A DNA stretch of 64,000 nt from Bacteroidota bacterium (lineage in GTDB: Bacteria > Bacteroidota > Bacteroidia > Cytophagales > Cyclobacteriaceae), in contig JAEZBX010000349.1 of NCBI GenBank assembly GCA_023412765.1, positions 4,339 to 68,338 of the forward strand, read 5' to 3'. A program made the position numbers and the translations under genes. Positions 1 to 10,950 of this stretch are shown piece by piece; position 1 is the first letter of the stretch; each line of letters begins with the position of its first letter. The notes beneath the pieces were generated by a model that was not told the origin of the DNA, searched no databases, and worked only from the letters and a program-made list of their open reading frames with translations.

Positions 1-1
1 G

Positions 2-1210
2 ACGATTAAGCTTCCTGTTATGATCCAGCCGGGTCAGGCTCCAGGTACAATAGGCATACCGTTAGGATACGGCCGAAAGAAAGCGGGAAAGGTTGCGGAT
101 AATATTGGTGAAAATGCATATCCTTTAGTAGGTCTTGTGAATGGTGCTCTGAGCTATTCCTCAAGCAATGTAGAGTTTGCTATTACTGACGAGTCTTATC
201 AGCTGGCGCAAACGCAGACCCATAATACTTATATGGGCAGAAATACGGTCATCCAGGAAACAGATCTGGCATCGTATAAAAGCAACGCAAAGTATCCGTT
301 CGATCCCAAGATTGCGACATGGAAAGATCCTGAAGGGAAGACCGATCCTGAGTTGGTTTCCATCTGGAAAGGTCATGACTATCCGAACCACCACTGGGGC
401 ATGTCTATCGATCTTAATACTTGTATCGGATGCGGTTCTTGCGTGGTAGCTTGTAATGTTGAAAACAACGTAGCCCTTGTGGGACGCGAAGAAGTAATCG
501 CCCGACGGGAGATGCATTGGCTGAGGATCGATCGCTACTATAGCAGCGATGCGAAGCCAGATAACTGGCGCGACATTGAAGAGGCCAGCGAAAATCCGGA
601 AGTGGTTTTCCAACCTATGCTATGCCAGCATTGCAATAACGCACCTTGCGAGACGGTTTGCCCTGTTGCTGCAACCACGCATAGTTCGGAGGGTCTCAAT
701 CAAATGACATACAACAGGTGCATTGGTACACGCTATTGCGCCAACAACTGTCCATATAAAGTAAGACGCTTTAACTGGTTCAAGTACCACGACAACCGCC
801 AGTTTGAGAATGTGAATCCAGCCATGAACACCGATCTGGGTAAGATGGTGCTCAACCCTGATGTGACCGTACGTTCACGCGGCGTGATGGAGAAATGTAC
901 ATTCTGCGTACAACGTATTCAATACGGAAAATTGAATGCCCGTAAGGAGAAAAGACGCGTGAAGGATGGTGAAGTTGTTACGGCGTGCCAGGCTGCCTGC
1001 GCTACCGGGGCAATAGTATTCGGAGATATGAATGATCCGGAAAGCAAGATTGCAAAACTTTTAAAGATTCGTCCATTGCTAAAAGACCGCCCGACGATCA
1101 ACGACAAGGAGTCGGACAATCCACGTGCGTATCAGGTTCTGGAAGAAATCGGTGTTAAACCGAATATCTGGTATCTGAGAAAAGTTAGAAACAAGGATGC
1201 TAAAGCATAA
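2..1210 (+). CDS. actB: Alternative complex III iron-sulfur subunit ActB, 5'-truncated by the window edge
   Basis: Frame is open from position 2. Four Cys clusters (CIGCGSCVVAC, CQHCNNAPCETVCP, CIGTRYCANNCPY, CTFCVQR..CQAAC). Directly upstream of an NrfD-like gene. Confidence 0.92.
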   Translation, partial: TIKLPVMIQPGQAPGTIGIPLGYGRKKAGKVADNIGENAYPLVGLVNGALSYSSSNVEFAITDESYQLAQTQTHNTYMGRNTVIQETDLASYKSNAKYPFDPKIATWKDPEGKTDPELVSIWKGHDYPNHHWGMSIDLNTCIGCGSCVVACNVENNVALVGREEVIARREMHWLRIDRYYSSDAKPDNWRDIEEASENPEVVFQPMLCQHCNNAPCETVCPVAATTHSSEGLNQMTYNRCIGTRYCANNCPYKVRRFNWFKYHDNRQFENVNPAMNTDLGKMVLNPDVTVRSRGVMEKCTFCVQRIQYGKLNARKEKRRVKDGEVVTACQAACATGAIVFGDMNDPESKIAKLLKIRPLLKDRPTINDKESDNPRAYQVLEEIGVKPNIWYLRKVRNKDAKA

Positions 1211-1285
1211 TGATCAATTGGTTGTTGATTCACCCAATTGTCATATAAAAATTAATTGAACTACGATTTAATATAGAACCATAAA

Positions 1286-2701
1286 ATGCAGGTAACGTCA
1301 TCAGTCCGTGATCCACTGGTAACCGGAGGGAAAACAGTAAAAGATGTTTCGCATGACATCAGCCGTCAGGTGGAAGGTAAGCCAACGCCGCTTTGGTGGA
1401 TGGCCATGGCTGTATCACTGGCCGTTCTGGGGTTTGGTTTCTATTGTGTTTGCTATCTCTTGTGGCATGGCATTGGGGTGTGGGGACTAAATAAAACCGT
1501 AGGCTGGGCGTGGGATATTACAAACTTTGTCTGGTGGGTGGGTATTGGTCACGCAGGTACCCTGATCTCCGCGATCCTCTTGTTGTTCCGTCAAAAATGG
1601 AGAATGTCTATTAACCGCGCAGCGGAAGCCATGACTATTTTCGCTGTAATATGCGCTGCAACGTTTCCATTAATGCACATGGGACGCTTGTGGCTCGGAT
1701 TTTACTGGGCGTTGCCTCTTCCAAATACATTTGGTTCCCTTTGGGTGAACTTCAACTCACCGCTGCTGTGGGACGTGTTCGCGATCTCAACTTATTTCAC
1801 CGTATCGCTGGTGTTCTGGTATATGGGACTAATCCCTGACTTCGCCGTTATCCGCGACCGTGCTGTGGTTCAAGGTGCCAAAACCCGCGCAACCATTTAT
1901 AACATGCTGAGCTTCGGATGGCAGGGCGGTGCGAAAACATGGATGAGATATGAATCGGTCGCACTTATCCTTGCTGGTGTTTCAACGCCACTCGTGCTGT
2001 CGGTTCACACGATCGTATCGATGGACTTCGCGACATCTGTAATACCCGGATGGCACACCACAATATTTCCACCTTACTTCGTTGCTGGTGCAATTTTCTC
2101 CGGCTTCGCAATGGTGTTAACCCTTTTGCTGGTGACGCGGAAAGTTTTCAAGCTTGAAGACTACATCACGATCTATCACATCGAACTGATGAACATCATC
2201 ATCATTGTTACCGGCTCGATCGTAGGTATCGCATATATCACCGAGTTATTTATCGCGTGGTACTCCGGTGTTGAATATGAAGGTTACGCATTCTACAATC
2301 GCGTGCAAGGTCCTTATGCATGGGCTTACTGGTCGATGATGACATGTAATGTTATCTCTCCGCAGTTGTTCTGGATCAAGAAGATCAGAACGAGCATCGT
2401 TGCGACTTTTGTTCTTTCAATCATTGTGAACATCGGCATGTGGTTCGAGCGATTTGTAATCATTGTTACTTCGCTGCACAGAGACTATGTGCCATCAAGC
2501 TGGACAATGTTCCACCCCACCATGTACGACATTGGTGAGTACCTCTTTACATTCGGATTTTTCTTCGCCGCGTTCCTTTTGTTCGCCAAATTCTTCCCGG
2601 TGATCAACATGGCTGAGGTGAAAAGTATTGTTAAATCAGACTCTGAAAAAATAACAAGCGACACGACTCACCACCAGGTGAACGTAAGCTCAAAACCGTA
2701 A
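1286..2701 (+). CDS. actC: Alternative complex III membrane subunit ActC (NrfD/PsrC family)
   Basis: Polytopic; WDITNFVWWVGIGHAGTLISA, GWHTTIFPPYFVAGAIFSG and GMWFERFVII motifs. Confidence 0.93.
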   Translation: MQVTSSVRDPLVTGGKTVKDVSHDISRQVEGKPTPLWWMAMAVSLAVLGFGFYCVCYLLWHGIGVWGLNKTVGWAWDITNFVWWVGIGHAGTLISAILLLFRQKWRMSINRAAEAMTIFAVICAATFPLMHMGRLWLGFYWALPLPNTFGSLWVNFNSPLLWDVFAISTYFTVSLVFWYMGLIPDFAVIRDRAVVQGAKTRATIYNMLSFGWQGGAKTWMRYESVALILAGVSTPLVLSVHTIVSMDFATSVIPGWHTTIFPPYFVAGAIFSGFAMVLTLLLVTRKVFKLEDYITIYHIELMNIIIIVTGSIVGIAYITELFIAWYSGVEYEGYAFYNRVQGPYAWAYWSMMTCNVISPQLFWIKKIRTSIVATFVLSIIVNIGMWFERFVIIVTSLHRDYVPSSWTMFHPTMYDIGEYLFTFGFFFAAFLLFAKFFPVINMAEVKSIVKSDSEKITSDTTHHQVNVSSKP

Positions 2702-2706
2702 AAAAA

Positions 2707-3237
2707 ATGGATGCAGATAAAAACTTTTTAGTGGGCGTATTTGATGACGATGACCTCGTGCTCAATGGCGTACGAAAAGTAAGAGAAAGCGGGGTGAAGA
2801 TACACGAGGTATTTTCTCCATTCCCCGTACACGGTCTGGACCAGGAGCTGGGATATAAACGCACCCGCCTCCCCATCGCTGCTTTTATGTTTGGGTTCTT
2901 AGGAACCTGTCTTGCCCTGATCATGCAGATGTGGATGCTGGGAGTTGACTGGCCGATGATCATTGGCGGTAAGAACTTTATCTCACTTCCTCCCTTCATA
3001 CCAGTTACGTTTGAGCTAACCGTGCTTCTTGCGTCCTTAGGAATGGTAGGAACTTTTCTGATCGCGAGCGGACTGAAGCCATATGCATGGCCTCGTCAAT
3101 TTGACCTTCGCAGTACTGAAGACAAGCATATCATGGCCATCGACCTGGCGCTGAATAAAGGAAAAACAAAAGATGAAATTGCCAGTATCCTGAAAGGTGC
3201 TGGAGCATCGGAAGTGAACGAAAAGAATTTTGACTAA
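2707..3237 (+). CDS. actD: Alternative complex III subunit ActD (DUF3341)
   Basis: SPFPVHGLD motif, two TM segments, position after actC. Confidence 0.88.
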   Translation: MDADKNFLVGVFDDDDLVLNGVRKVRESGVKIHEVFSPFPVHGLDQELGYKRTRLPIAAFMFGFLGTCLALIMQMWMLGVDWPMIIGGKNFISLPPFIPVTFELTVLLASLGMVGTFLIASGLKPYAWPRQFDLRSTEDKHIMAIDLALNKGKTKDEIASILKGAGASEVNEKNFD

Positions 3238-3253
3238 TCAGAGGATATCAATT

Positions 3254-3922
3254 ATGCGCATTGCAACAAACATATTCCTGGCATTGATAACTACTGTACT
3301 GCTTGCCTCGTGTGGCGCAAGTGGTGATCGACCGGGTACAGAGTATGCGCCGAATATGTATCATTCGGTTCCTTATGATCCATACACACAGATCACAGAC
3401 AAGGATGCGGGCCGTTGGTTAACATCGATAGAGTACGGTGACGACCACGCTGAGTTTTACAACTCAAACCAATGGAACCCTCACGCTATGAATATGCGCA
3501 TGCCGCCCGCTAATACCGTGAGTCGAAACCATAATGGCTGGCTACCCTATCGCGTCGAAAAGGATGATCTCGTGACAGCGGCAACAATAAAAAGTCCCAT
3601 CGATTCTTCTGCAGCGATGATTGCCGGGGGAAAAGTATTATACGACATCCATTGTGAACATTGCCATGGTGCTACAGGTACAGGTGATGGTAAGGTAGCT
3701 GCTGGTGTGACTGTCGAAGAGCCTGGTCGTGGCCAGGTACAAAAAGGCACTTACAACGGTGTAGCCAATCTAAAAGGTGACGCACTAAAGAATATTACCG
3801 AGGGGCATATTTTTCACGTGATCACCTACGGAAAGGGACTAATGTGGCCACATGGCTCGCAGATCACTGCAGAAGACAGGTGGAAAATTGCGAAGTATGT
3901 AAAAACGCTTCAAAGTAAATGA
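3254..3922 (+). CDS. actE: Alternative complex III monoheme cytochrome c lipoprotein ActE
   Basis: Lipobox LASC, YAPNMY, CEHCH heme motif. ATG 3254 preferred over the TTG at 3230. Confidence 0.88.
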   Translation: MRIATNIFLALITTVLLASCGASGDRPGTEYAPNMYHSVPYDPYTQITDKDAGRWLTSIEYGDDHAEFYNSNQWNPHAMNMRMPPANTVSRNHNGWLPYRVEKDDLVTAATIKSPIDSSAAMIAGGKVLYDIHCEHCHGATGTGDGKVAAGVTVEEPGRGQVQKGTYNGVANLKGDALKNITEGHIFHVITYGKGLMWPHGSQITAEDRWKIAKYVKTLQSK

Positions 3923-3954
3923 TTGACAACCGATAAACGGACAACGATATAACA

Positions 3955-5349
3955 ATGGCTCATCAAGTCGCAATTACGGACGAAAATTATGTGTACAGGG
4001 CAGAGACCAGGAAGAAGCTCTTTATCCTTCTTGCTGTGGGAATCGCGCTGTTTATCATCGGCGTTCTCCTCGCTATGTTTTCCGGTGGTCATCACGAAGC
4101 CGGTAGTGGTGGGCATGCGGCGATACAGTCAAGTGAATTTGTAGCCAGCGCACAGCAACATCCTGCAACAACGGGAGCAGGAGTTGAGGACGCAGGTCAT
4201 GGGCACGGGAAGCCCGTATGGCTCAAACGTATAGTCACTTCGTTGTGGATGAACAATGTTTTCTTCGCTGGCATCGGTATCATCGGATTGTTTTTCGTTG
4301 CCATACAGTATGCGGCGCAAGCCGGCTGGTCTGTAGGTGTTAAAAGAATTGGCCTGGCCATGGGTACCTGGATACCAATTGCTGGAATCTTAATGCTTGT
4401 GTTGTGGGCTCTGACAAATCATGACATCTTCCACTGGACGCATAGCTATCTCTATGGAGAAACTTTGACAAACGGAGCGGCAAATCCGACTTATGATCCT
4501 ATTATCAGCAAGAAAGGACCTTTCTTTTTCTGGCCTTTGGCGGGCGGAACTTTCCCGGTGTTCTTTCTGATCAGAATGGTATTGTTCTTTGGGGTCTGGT
4601 ATTACTTCTTTATCGCAATTAGAAAAAATATGCTTGCAGAGGATCTGGAGGCAAGCACATCCTTCTGGCATAAGAACGTTGTGTTATCCACGGTATTTCT
4701 CATATTCTTCGGAGTCAGTTCATCGATCGCAGCATGGGATTGGGTAATGAGTATCGATACCCACTGGTTTAGTACCATGTTCGGTTGGTACGTCTTCGCG
4801 AGTTGGTGGGTGACAGGACTTGCGGCAATTACCATTGTTGCGGTTTACCTGAAGGATGCTGGATATTTGAAGATTGTCAATTCAAACCACTTGCACGATC
4901 TGGGCAAGTTCATGTTTGCATTCTCAATTTTCTGGACGTATATCTGGTTCAGTCAGTTCCTCCTCATTTACTATGCGCACATTCCAGAGGAAACGATCTA
5001 CTTTGTTGAAAGGATGAAGACCAGTCCGTACAGCTGGATATTTTATCTTTCACTGATATTGAATTTTGTTCTGCCATTTTTGTTACTCATGACAAGGGAT
5101 GCGAAACGCCAGATGTCGATGCTGAAGGTCGTTTGTCCGATCATCATCGTAGGCCATTGGTTTGATTTCTTCAACATGGTAACACCGGGCGTAATGAAAG
5201 AGGATGGAGGGGTCGGTTTCATCGAAATAGGACTTGCGTTCATATTTATGGCAGCATTCCTATTGGTCGTCCTCCCCAGCTTAGCAAAAATGCCATTGTT
5301 TGGCAAGAACGATCCGATGCTACAGGAAAGTCTTCATCACCACATTTAA
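3955..5349 (+). CDS. actF: Alternative complex III membrane subunit ActF
   Basis: Polytopic; DWVMSIDTHWFSTMFG, HLHDLGK and FWTYIWFSQ motifs. Confidence 0.9.
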   Translation: MAHQVAITDENYVYRAETRKKLFILLAVGIALFIIGVLLAMFSGGHHEAGSGGHAAIQSSEFVASAQQHPATTGAGVEDAGHGHGKPVWLKRIVTSLWMNNVFFAGIGIIGLFFVAIQYAAQAGWSVGVKRIGLAMGTWIPIAGILMLVLWALTNHDIFHWTHSYLYGETLTNGAANPTYDPIISKKGPFFFWPLAGGTFPVFFLIRMVLFFGVWYYFFIAIRKNMLAEDLEASTSFWHKNVVLSTVFLIFFGVSSSIAAWDWVMSIDTHWFSTMFGWYVFASWWVTGLAAITIVAVYLKDAGYLKIVNSNHLHDLGKFMFAFSIFWTYIWFSQFLLIYYAHIPEETIYFVERMKTSPYSWIFYLSLILNFVLPFLLLMTRDAKRQMSMLKVVCPIIIVGHWFDFFNMVTPGVMKEDGGVGFIEIGLAFIFMAAFLLVVLPSLAKMPLFGKNDPMLQESLHHHI

Positions 5350-5365
5350 TTTATAGAAAACTGAT

Positions 5366-6439
5366 ATGATGAGTTTGATAATAGCCCTTGGTGTAGTTCT
5401 GATCCTGGCGATCCTGTATATGATTTTCAGGGTCAGTAGCCTGATCACGGTCGCAAAAGGTAAGAGGGACGATAAGCCAGGAACTGCCAATCAGGTAAAT
5501 GCGGCGATGTTCATCGTATTCATGATCCTCGGGCTTGGTTTATTCTTCTGGTATTCAATCACATACTTCGATAGTTATAATTTACCCGTCGCTTCTGAGC
5601 ATGGTAAATGGACAGATACTTTATTCTGGATAACGATGGGTATTTCGGTTGCTGCATTTGTTATCATCAGCATTGTAATGTTTGTCTTTGTTTACAAGTA
5701 TCAGTACCGCGAGGGCAGAAAGGCAAAGTACTATCCAGATAACCATTACCTCGAACTTTCCTGGACTATCATCCCGGCAATCGTATTGGCCATCTTAATA
5801 TTTACAGGTCTCCGCGCGTGGAACGACATAACTGCCCCTGCATCACAAGAGGCAGAGTTGATCGAAATAATTGGACAGCAGTTCGCATGGACCGCCCGTT
5901 ATCCTGGAGTGAAAGATGGTGCGCTGGGAAAAAATAACTACAAGCTCATTGATGATGTAAATGAATTCGGTCTTGATCTGTCAGACAAGAATTCGTTCGA
6001 CGACTTCAAATCACTTGAGCTGCATTTGCCAGTGAATAAAGAAATATTGTTGAAGATTCGTGCCAAAGACGTTTTGCACAGCGTATTCCTGCCACACTTC
6101 CGTGTAAAAATGGATGCTGTTCCTGGAATGCCAACACAATTCAAATTTATCGTGACGAAGACTACGCAGCAGATGCGCGATGAAACTGGTAATCCCAACT
6201 TCAACTATGAATTGGCGTGCGCAGAAATTTGTGGCCGCGGTCATTTTTCTATGAAGATGGCTGTTGTTGTTGAAGAAGAGGAAGCATACGAGCGATGGAA
6301 GGCATCACAAGAGGCCTGGTTAAAACAGAATCCGGACTACCTTGAGAAGGTACCCCAAGCGTTGAGAGAAGCGGCAATGATCAATGCAGGATTGCAAAAA
6401 GATCCTGGGTCAACCGTAGCAGAGGCAATTGATCAGTAG
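5366..6439 (+). CDS. coxB: Cytochrome c oxidase subunit II
   Basis: CuA ligands DVLHS and CAEICGRGHFSM; no appended CxxCH domain. Confidence 0.95.
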   Translation: MMSLIIALGVVLILAILYMIFRVSSLITVAKGKRDDKPGTANQVNAAMFIVFMILGLGLFFWYSITYFDSYNLPVASEHGKWTDTLFWITMGISVAAFVIISIVMFVFVYKYQYREGRKAKYYPDNHYLELSWTIIPAIVLAILIFTGLRAWNDITAPASQEAELIEIIGQQFAWTARYPGVKDGALGKNNYKLIDDVNEFGLDLSDKNSFDDFKSLELHLPVNKEILLKIRAKDVLHSVFLPHFRVKMDAVPGMPTQFKFIVTKTTQQMRDETGNPNFNYELACAEICGRGHFSMKMAVVVEEEEAYERWKASQEAWLKQNPDYLEKVPQALREAAMINAGLQKDPGSTVAEAIDQ

Positions 6440-6460
6440 CATTAAAGATTACTAACCGAC

Positions 6461-8344
6461 ATGGCAACGACCGACATACACATTCACCACGACGTTCACC
6501 ATCATGATGATCACGAGCATGAGCATCACGAAGGGAATTTTTGGACAAAATATATTTTCAGCGAGGACCATAAAGTAATTGGAAAACAATTCATGATCAC
6601 GGGAATACTATGGGCCCTGATCGGTGGTATACTCTCTGTTATTTTCCGTCTGCAACTCGGGTTCCCCAACATGAACCTCGATTGGCTTCAGCCGATTCTG
6701 GGTACATGGATCACTCCGGAAGGCAAGCTCGACCCTGAGTTTTATCTCGCCCTTGTCACTATGCACGGAACCATCATGGTCTTCTTCGTACTTACTGCGG
6801 GATTGACTGGAACTTTTGCAAACTTTCTTATTCCACTTCAGATTGGGGCGCGCGATATGGCCTCCGGTTTTTTGAACATGCTTTCATACTGGTTCTTTTT
6901 TGTTTCCAGCGTTATCATGTTTACATCATTGTTCCTTTCCACTGGCCCTGCGTCAGGAGGCTGGACAATATACCCTCCGTTGAGCGCATTGCCTGAAGCC
7001 ATCAAGGGATCAGGCCTGGGGATGACCCTTTGGCTGGTATCCATGGCGTTGTTTATCGTTAGCTCGCTTTTGGGCGGTATAAACTACATTGCTACGATCA
7101 TTAACCTTCGCACAAAAGGGATGTCGTTTACAAAAATGCCACTGACTATTTGGGCAATTTTCTTCACGGCAATTATCGGTCTGCTCTCTTTCCCTGTGTT
7201 ATTTGCTGCTGTTCTGCTTTTGATATTCGACCGAAGTTTCGGAACGAGCTTTTACCTCTCGGATATTTACATCGGTGGCGAGGCGTTGGCGCATGATGGA
7301 GGGAGTCCGATATTATTCCAGCATTTGTTCTGGTTCCTCGGGCATCCGGAAGTTTATATTGTGATCCTGCCTGCACTCGGCTTGACATCGGAGATCATAG
7401 CAACAAATTCCCGCAAACCTATTTTCGGTTATAAGGCGATGATCGGCTCTTTGCTTTTCATTGCAATCTTGTCATTCGTGGTATGGGCCCATCACATGTT
7501 TGTGACAGGGATGAATCCATTCCTCGGCTCGATCTTCATGCTCTTGACACTTATCATCGCCGTGCCGTCTGCTGTAAAGATATTTAACTATGTTACAACG
7601 CTCTGGCAAGGTAACATTCGATTTACACCGGCAATGTTATTTGCGATTGGGATGGTATCATACTTTCTGTCGGGTGGTATTACTGGTATTTTCGTAGGAA
7701 ATGCTGCTATTGATATCCAGCTTCACGATACATATTTTATCGTGGCGCATTTTCACCTTGTGATGGGTAGCGCTGCATTCTTTGGAATGCTGGCAGGTAT
7801 TTATCACTGGTTCCCGAAAATGTTTGGCAGGATGATGAACAGCACGCTTGGCTCGATACATTTCTGGCTAACCTTCGCAGGGGTTTATCTGGTATTTTTC
7901 CCTATGCATTACATCGGCATAGCTGGATTTCCGAGAAGATATTATTCCTGGACAAACTTTGAAACCTTTAGTGGATTCACCGACCTGAACATGTTGGTTA
8001 GTACAGCGGCGATAATAACCCTGGCAGCCCAGTTCATTTTCCTCTTCAACTTTTTCTACAGTATGTTCAGAGGACGTCTTGCTCCAGCCAACCCGTGGAA
8101 TTCAACGACGTTGGAGTGGACTACACCGCGCAATCCCGGACATGGAAACTGGGTGGGTGAAATTCCATCGGTATACCGGTGGCCATACGATTATAGCAAG
8201 CCTGGTTCTAAAGAAGACTATATTCCTCAACATATTCCATTCTCCGAAACCCCTGAATCGAACCTGCCAAGCGAAAATGAGCTGATCAAACTCGAGACAT
8301 CAAATGGCGATGGAAAAATTATCGTGGAAGGGGAGAAGCACTAG
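6461..8344 (+). CDS. coxA: Cytochrome c oxidase subunit I (type A1)
   Basis: GHPEVY, WAHHM and AHFH heme/CuB motifs; His-rich N-terminus. Confidence 0.97.
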   Translation: MATTDIHIHHDVHHHDDHEHEHHEGNFWTKYIFSEDHKVIGKQFMITGILWALIGGILSVIFRLQLGFPNMNLDWLQPILGTWITPEGKLDPEFYLALVTMHGTIMVFFVLTAGLTGTFANFLIPLQIGARDMASGFLNMLSYWFFFVSSVIMFTSLFLSTGPASGGWTIYPPLSALPEAIKGSGLGMTLWLVSMALFIVSSLLGGINYIATIINLRTKGMSFTKMPLTIWAIFFTAIIGLLSFPVLFAAVLLLIFDRSFGTSFYLSDIYIGGEALAHDGGSPILFQHLFWFLGHPEVYIVILPALGLTSEIIATNSRKPIFGYKAMIGSLLFIAILSFVVWAHHMFVTGMNPFLGSIFMLLTLIIAVPSAVKIFNYVTTLWQGNIRFTPAMLFAIGMVSYFLSGGITGIFVGNAAIDIQLHDTYFIVAHFHLVMGSAAFFGMLAGIYHWFPKMFGRMMNSTLGSIHFWLTFAGVYLVFFPMHYIGIAGFPRRYYSWTNFETFSGFTDLNMLVSTAAIITLAAQFIFLFNFFYSMFRGRLAPANPWNSTTLEWTTPRNPGHGNWVGEIPSVYRWPYDYSKPGSKEDYIPQHIPFSETPESNLPSENELIKLETSNGDGKIIVEGEKH

Positions 8345-8416
8345 AGCTATTGAAAAGGGTGAGGTTCTATCATGAACCTCGCCACTTTACATTAACAGCC
8401 TTAACCAGCATATCAG

Positions 8417-9427
8417 ATGCGTTCATTTCGAAGGCTCACAATATCGACACTGATTGCTGTATATGTTTTGATTCTCGTAGGTGGAGTTGTCAGGAGTACA
8501 GGCTCAGGGATGGGTTGTCCCGATTGGCCGAAATGTTTTGGAAAATGGATTCCGCCCACATCTGTTTCTGATCTTCCTTCTAATTACAAAGAGATCTACG
8601 CTGCACATCGAGAGAAAAAGAACATTCGTTTTGCGCAGTATCTTACAACGCTTGGGATGAAGGAAACCGGTGACAGAATCCTGAACGACCCAAATGTTCT
8701 TCAGGAAGCTGATTTCAATCCTACAAAAACGCTGATTGAATATTTTAACCGTGTCGTGGGCGTGATCATCGGGTTTCTCATTTTTGCAGTCTTTACAGTG
8801 TCCTTGCAATTCCGAAAAACTGATCTCAAACTCACATTGGTTTCCTTGTTTACCTTCTTGCTGGTGGGCTTTCAGGGCTGGATCGGAAGTTTTGTCGTCT
8901 CAACAAATTTGACCCCCTGGACAATTACAGTGCACATGTTTCTGGCGCTGGTAATTGTTGCATTGCTGGTATACCTGGTTCACCAGAGCACATACGAAGA
9001 GGATATTGAATCATCTCTTGGTTTTTGGTGGCTGGTCGCGTGTATGGGTGTGCTGCTGGTGCAAATATTACTGGGCACGCAGGTACGCGAAGCTGTTGAC
9101 CAGGTATCGAACTCGTGGCCCAGGGCAGAGTGGATCGCAAATGTTTCGGAACAGTTTATTTTGCACCGATCATTCTCATGGATAGTTTTAATCCTCCACG
9201 TTGGATTAATCGTCAGATTGTACAAAACTGATGGATCAAAAGCTTTCGCACTTACCCTAATCCTATTAATTTTGGGGACAATTTTAACAGGCCTTGGAAT
9301 GGCCTATTTGGATTTTCCGGCGTTCCTGCAGCCGTTGCACCTATTGCTGGCAACCGTGACGTTTGGAGTACAGTTCGCGTTTTTATTGAGGTTAAACCCG
9401 AGTGCCGGAACCGTAATAGCAAAATGA
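8417..9427 (+). CDS. ctaA: Heme A synthase (COX15/CtaA)
   Basis: GSGMGCPDWPKC, EYFNR and TVHMFLA motifs. Confidence 0.88.
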   Translation: MRSFRRLTISTLIAVYVLILVGGVVRSTGSGMGCPDWPKCFGKWIPPTSVSDLPSNYKEIYAAHREKKNIRFAQYLTTLGMKETGDRILNDPNVLQEADFNPTKTLIEYFNRVVGVIIGFLIFAVFTVSLQFRKTDLKLTLVSLFTFLLVGFQGWIGSFVVSTNLTPWTITVHMFLALVIVALLVYLVHQSTYEEDIESSLGFWWLVACMGVLLVQILLGTQVREAVDQVSNSWPRAEWIANVSEQFILHRSFSWIVLILHVGLIVRLYKTDGSKAFALTLILLILGTILTGLGMAYLDFPAFLQPLHLLLATVTFGVQFAFLLRLNPSAGTVIAK

Positions 9428-10320
9428 TTGCAGCTGATATAAATGATTTGACAGGTTCAGATTTTGTCGTGGCAAAATTCCGCGCTTATGCTGAACTGCT
9501 AAAATTCAGATTATCGTTTTTGGTGGCTTTTTCCTGCGCATTTGGATATGTGCTGGCATCGCCTTCCACCAATTGGTTCACACTCTCCATGCTATTTATT
9601 GGAGGATTCCTTTTGTCGGGGGCTTCGGTAATTATCAATCAGATTATCGAAAAGGATCTCGACGTTTTGATGAACAGGACGATGAATCGGCCGCTGCCCA
9701 CCGGTCGCATTACAGTCAACGAAGCAACAGTATTCGCTGTGGTTTGTTTTTTGATTGCCGTTTCGATGTTGTTGATCTATACAAACGTGCTTACAACCAT
9801 TCTCTCGGTTGTATCATTGATTTTGTACGGATTCGTGTACACTCCGTTAAAGCGGGTTGGACCTATCGCGGTATTTGTGGGTGCAATTCCAGGAGCGCTT
9901 CCACCTTTGTTGGGTTGGGTTGCTGCAACGGGAGGGATATCTCATGAAGCGCTTATCATTTTTGGAATTCAGTTCATCTGGCAATTTCCGCACTTTTGGG
10001 CCATTGCCTGGGTATCAGACGATGACTACAAGAAAGCAGGATTTAAACTACTTCCTTCGGGAGGTAAAAAAGATTTAAGCACCGCGGTGCAGATAATGAT
10101 TTACACCATGTTTCTTATTCCGCTCGGCTTGCTGCCGGCCACCTTCGGTATCACTGGCATTAACTCAGCAGTTATTGTGACGGTGTGCGGAGTGTTATTT
10201 TTTGCTCAAACCTTTTCGTTGATGAGGGAAGGTGACAGAAGATCGGCATTAAAGATCATGTTCGGATCATTTGTGTATTTGCCGGTGGTGCAGATCGCGT
10301 ATTTACTAGACAAAGTTTGA
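9424..10320 (+). CDS. cyoE: Heme O synthase (protoheme IX farnesyltransferase)
   Basis: MNRTMNRPLP, YTPLKR, GALPPLLGW and WQFPHF motifs. Confidence 0.95.
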   Translation: MIAADINDLTGSDFVVAKFRAYAELLKFRLSFLVAFSCAFGYVLASPSTNWFTLSMLFIGGFLLSGASVIINQIIEKDLDVLMNRTMNRPLPTGRITVNEATVFAVVCFLIAVSMLLIYTNVLTTILSVVSLILYGFVYTPLKRVGPIAVFVGAIPGALPPLLGWVAATGGISHEALIIFGIQFIWQFPHFWAIAWVSDDDYKKAGFKLLPSGGKKDLSTAVQIMIYTMFLIPLGLLPATFGITGINSAVIVTVCGVLFFAQTFSLMREGDRRSALKIMFGSFVYLPVVQIAYLLDKV

Positions 10321-10344
10321 AAGAGGGGAAGAAAAATTAGAATT

Positions 10345-10926
10345 ATGGCAACAGACATAAGAATTGTAGAAGAAGCGAAGAAGCCACTATCGATGCATCC
10401 GAAGAAGTTTGCGTTGTGGCTCTTCATTGTGACGGTGGTGATGGTCTTTGCTGCTATGACTAGCGCATACTTAGTTAGGCAATCAGACGGCAACTGGCTC
10501 GTTTTCGAATTACCAAGTTTGTTTTATGTAACCACGGGGATCATATTGGTTAGCAGTGCCACAATGCATTGGGCTTATTTATCAGTAAAGAAAAATAACC
10601 TTGAAGCCGCGAAGCTTGCTATATCGCTCACCCTTGTATTGGGAATTGCGTTTCTGGTAGGTCAGTTTATGGCATGGGGGCAACTGGTTGACAGTAAGAT
10701 CCACCTTGTCGGAAATCCTTCAGGGTCATTTGTGTACATTATCTCGGGGCTCCATGGACTGCACATCGTTGGAGGTGTTGTATTTCTGGCCATTGTAATG
10801 GCATCTATTTTTAAGCTTAAAGTACATTCAAATAATCTTTTGCGTGTGGAAATGTGCGCAACGTATTGGCATTTTTTGGATGCACTTTGGTTATATTTGT
10901 TTCTCTTTTTACTCTTGTATCGATAA
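10345..10926 (+). CDS. Cytochrome c oxidase subunit III family protein
   Basis: GLHGLH and YWHFLD motifs. Confidence 0.9.
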   Translation: MATDIRIVEEAKKPLSMHPKKFALWLFIVTVVMVFAAMTSAYLVRQSDGNWLVFELPSLFYVTTGIILVSSATMHWAYLSVKKNNLEAAKLAISLTLVLGIAFLVGQFMAWGQLVDSKIHLVGNPSGSFVYIISGLHGLHIVGGVVFLAIVMASIFKLKVHSNNLLRVEMCATYWHFLDALWLYLFLFLLLYR

Positions 10927-10950
10927 AAGTATAACGCATAATAGAAGATT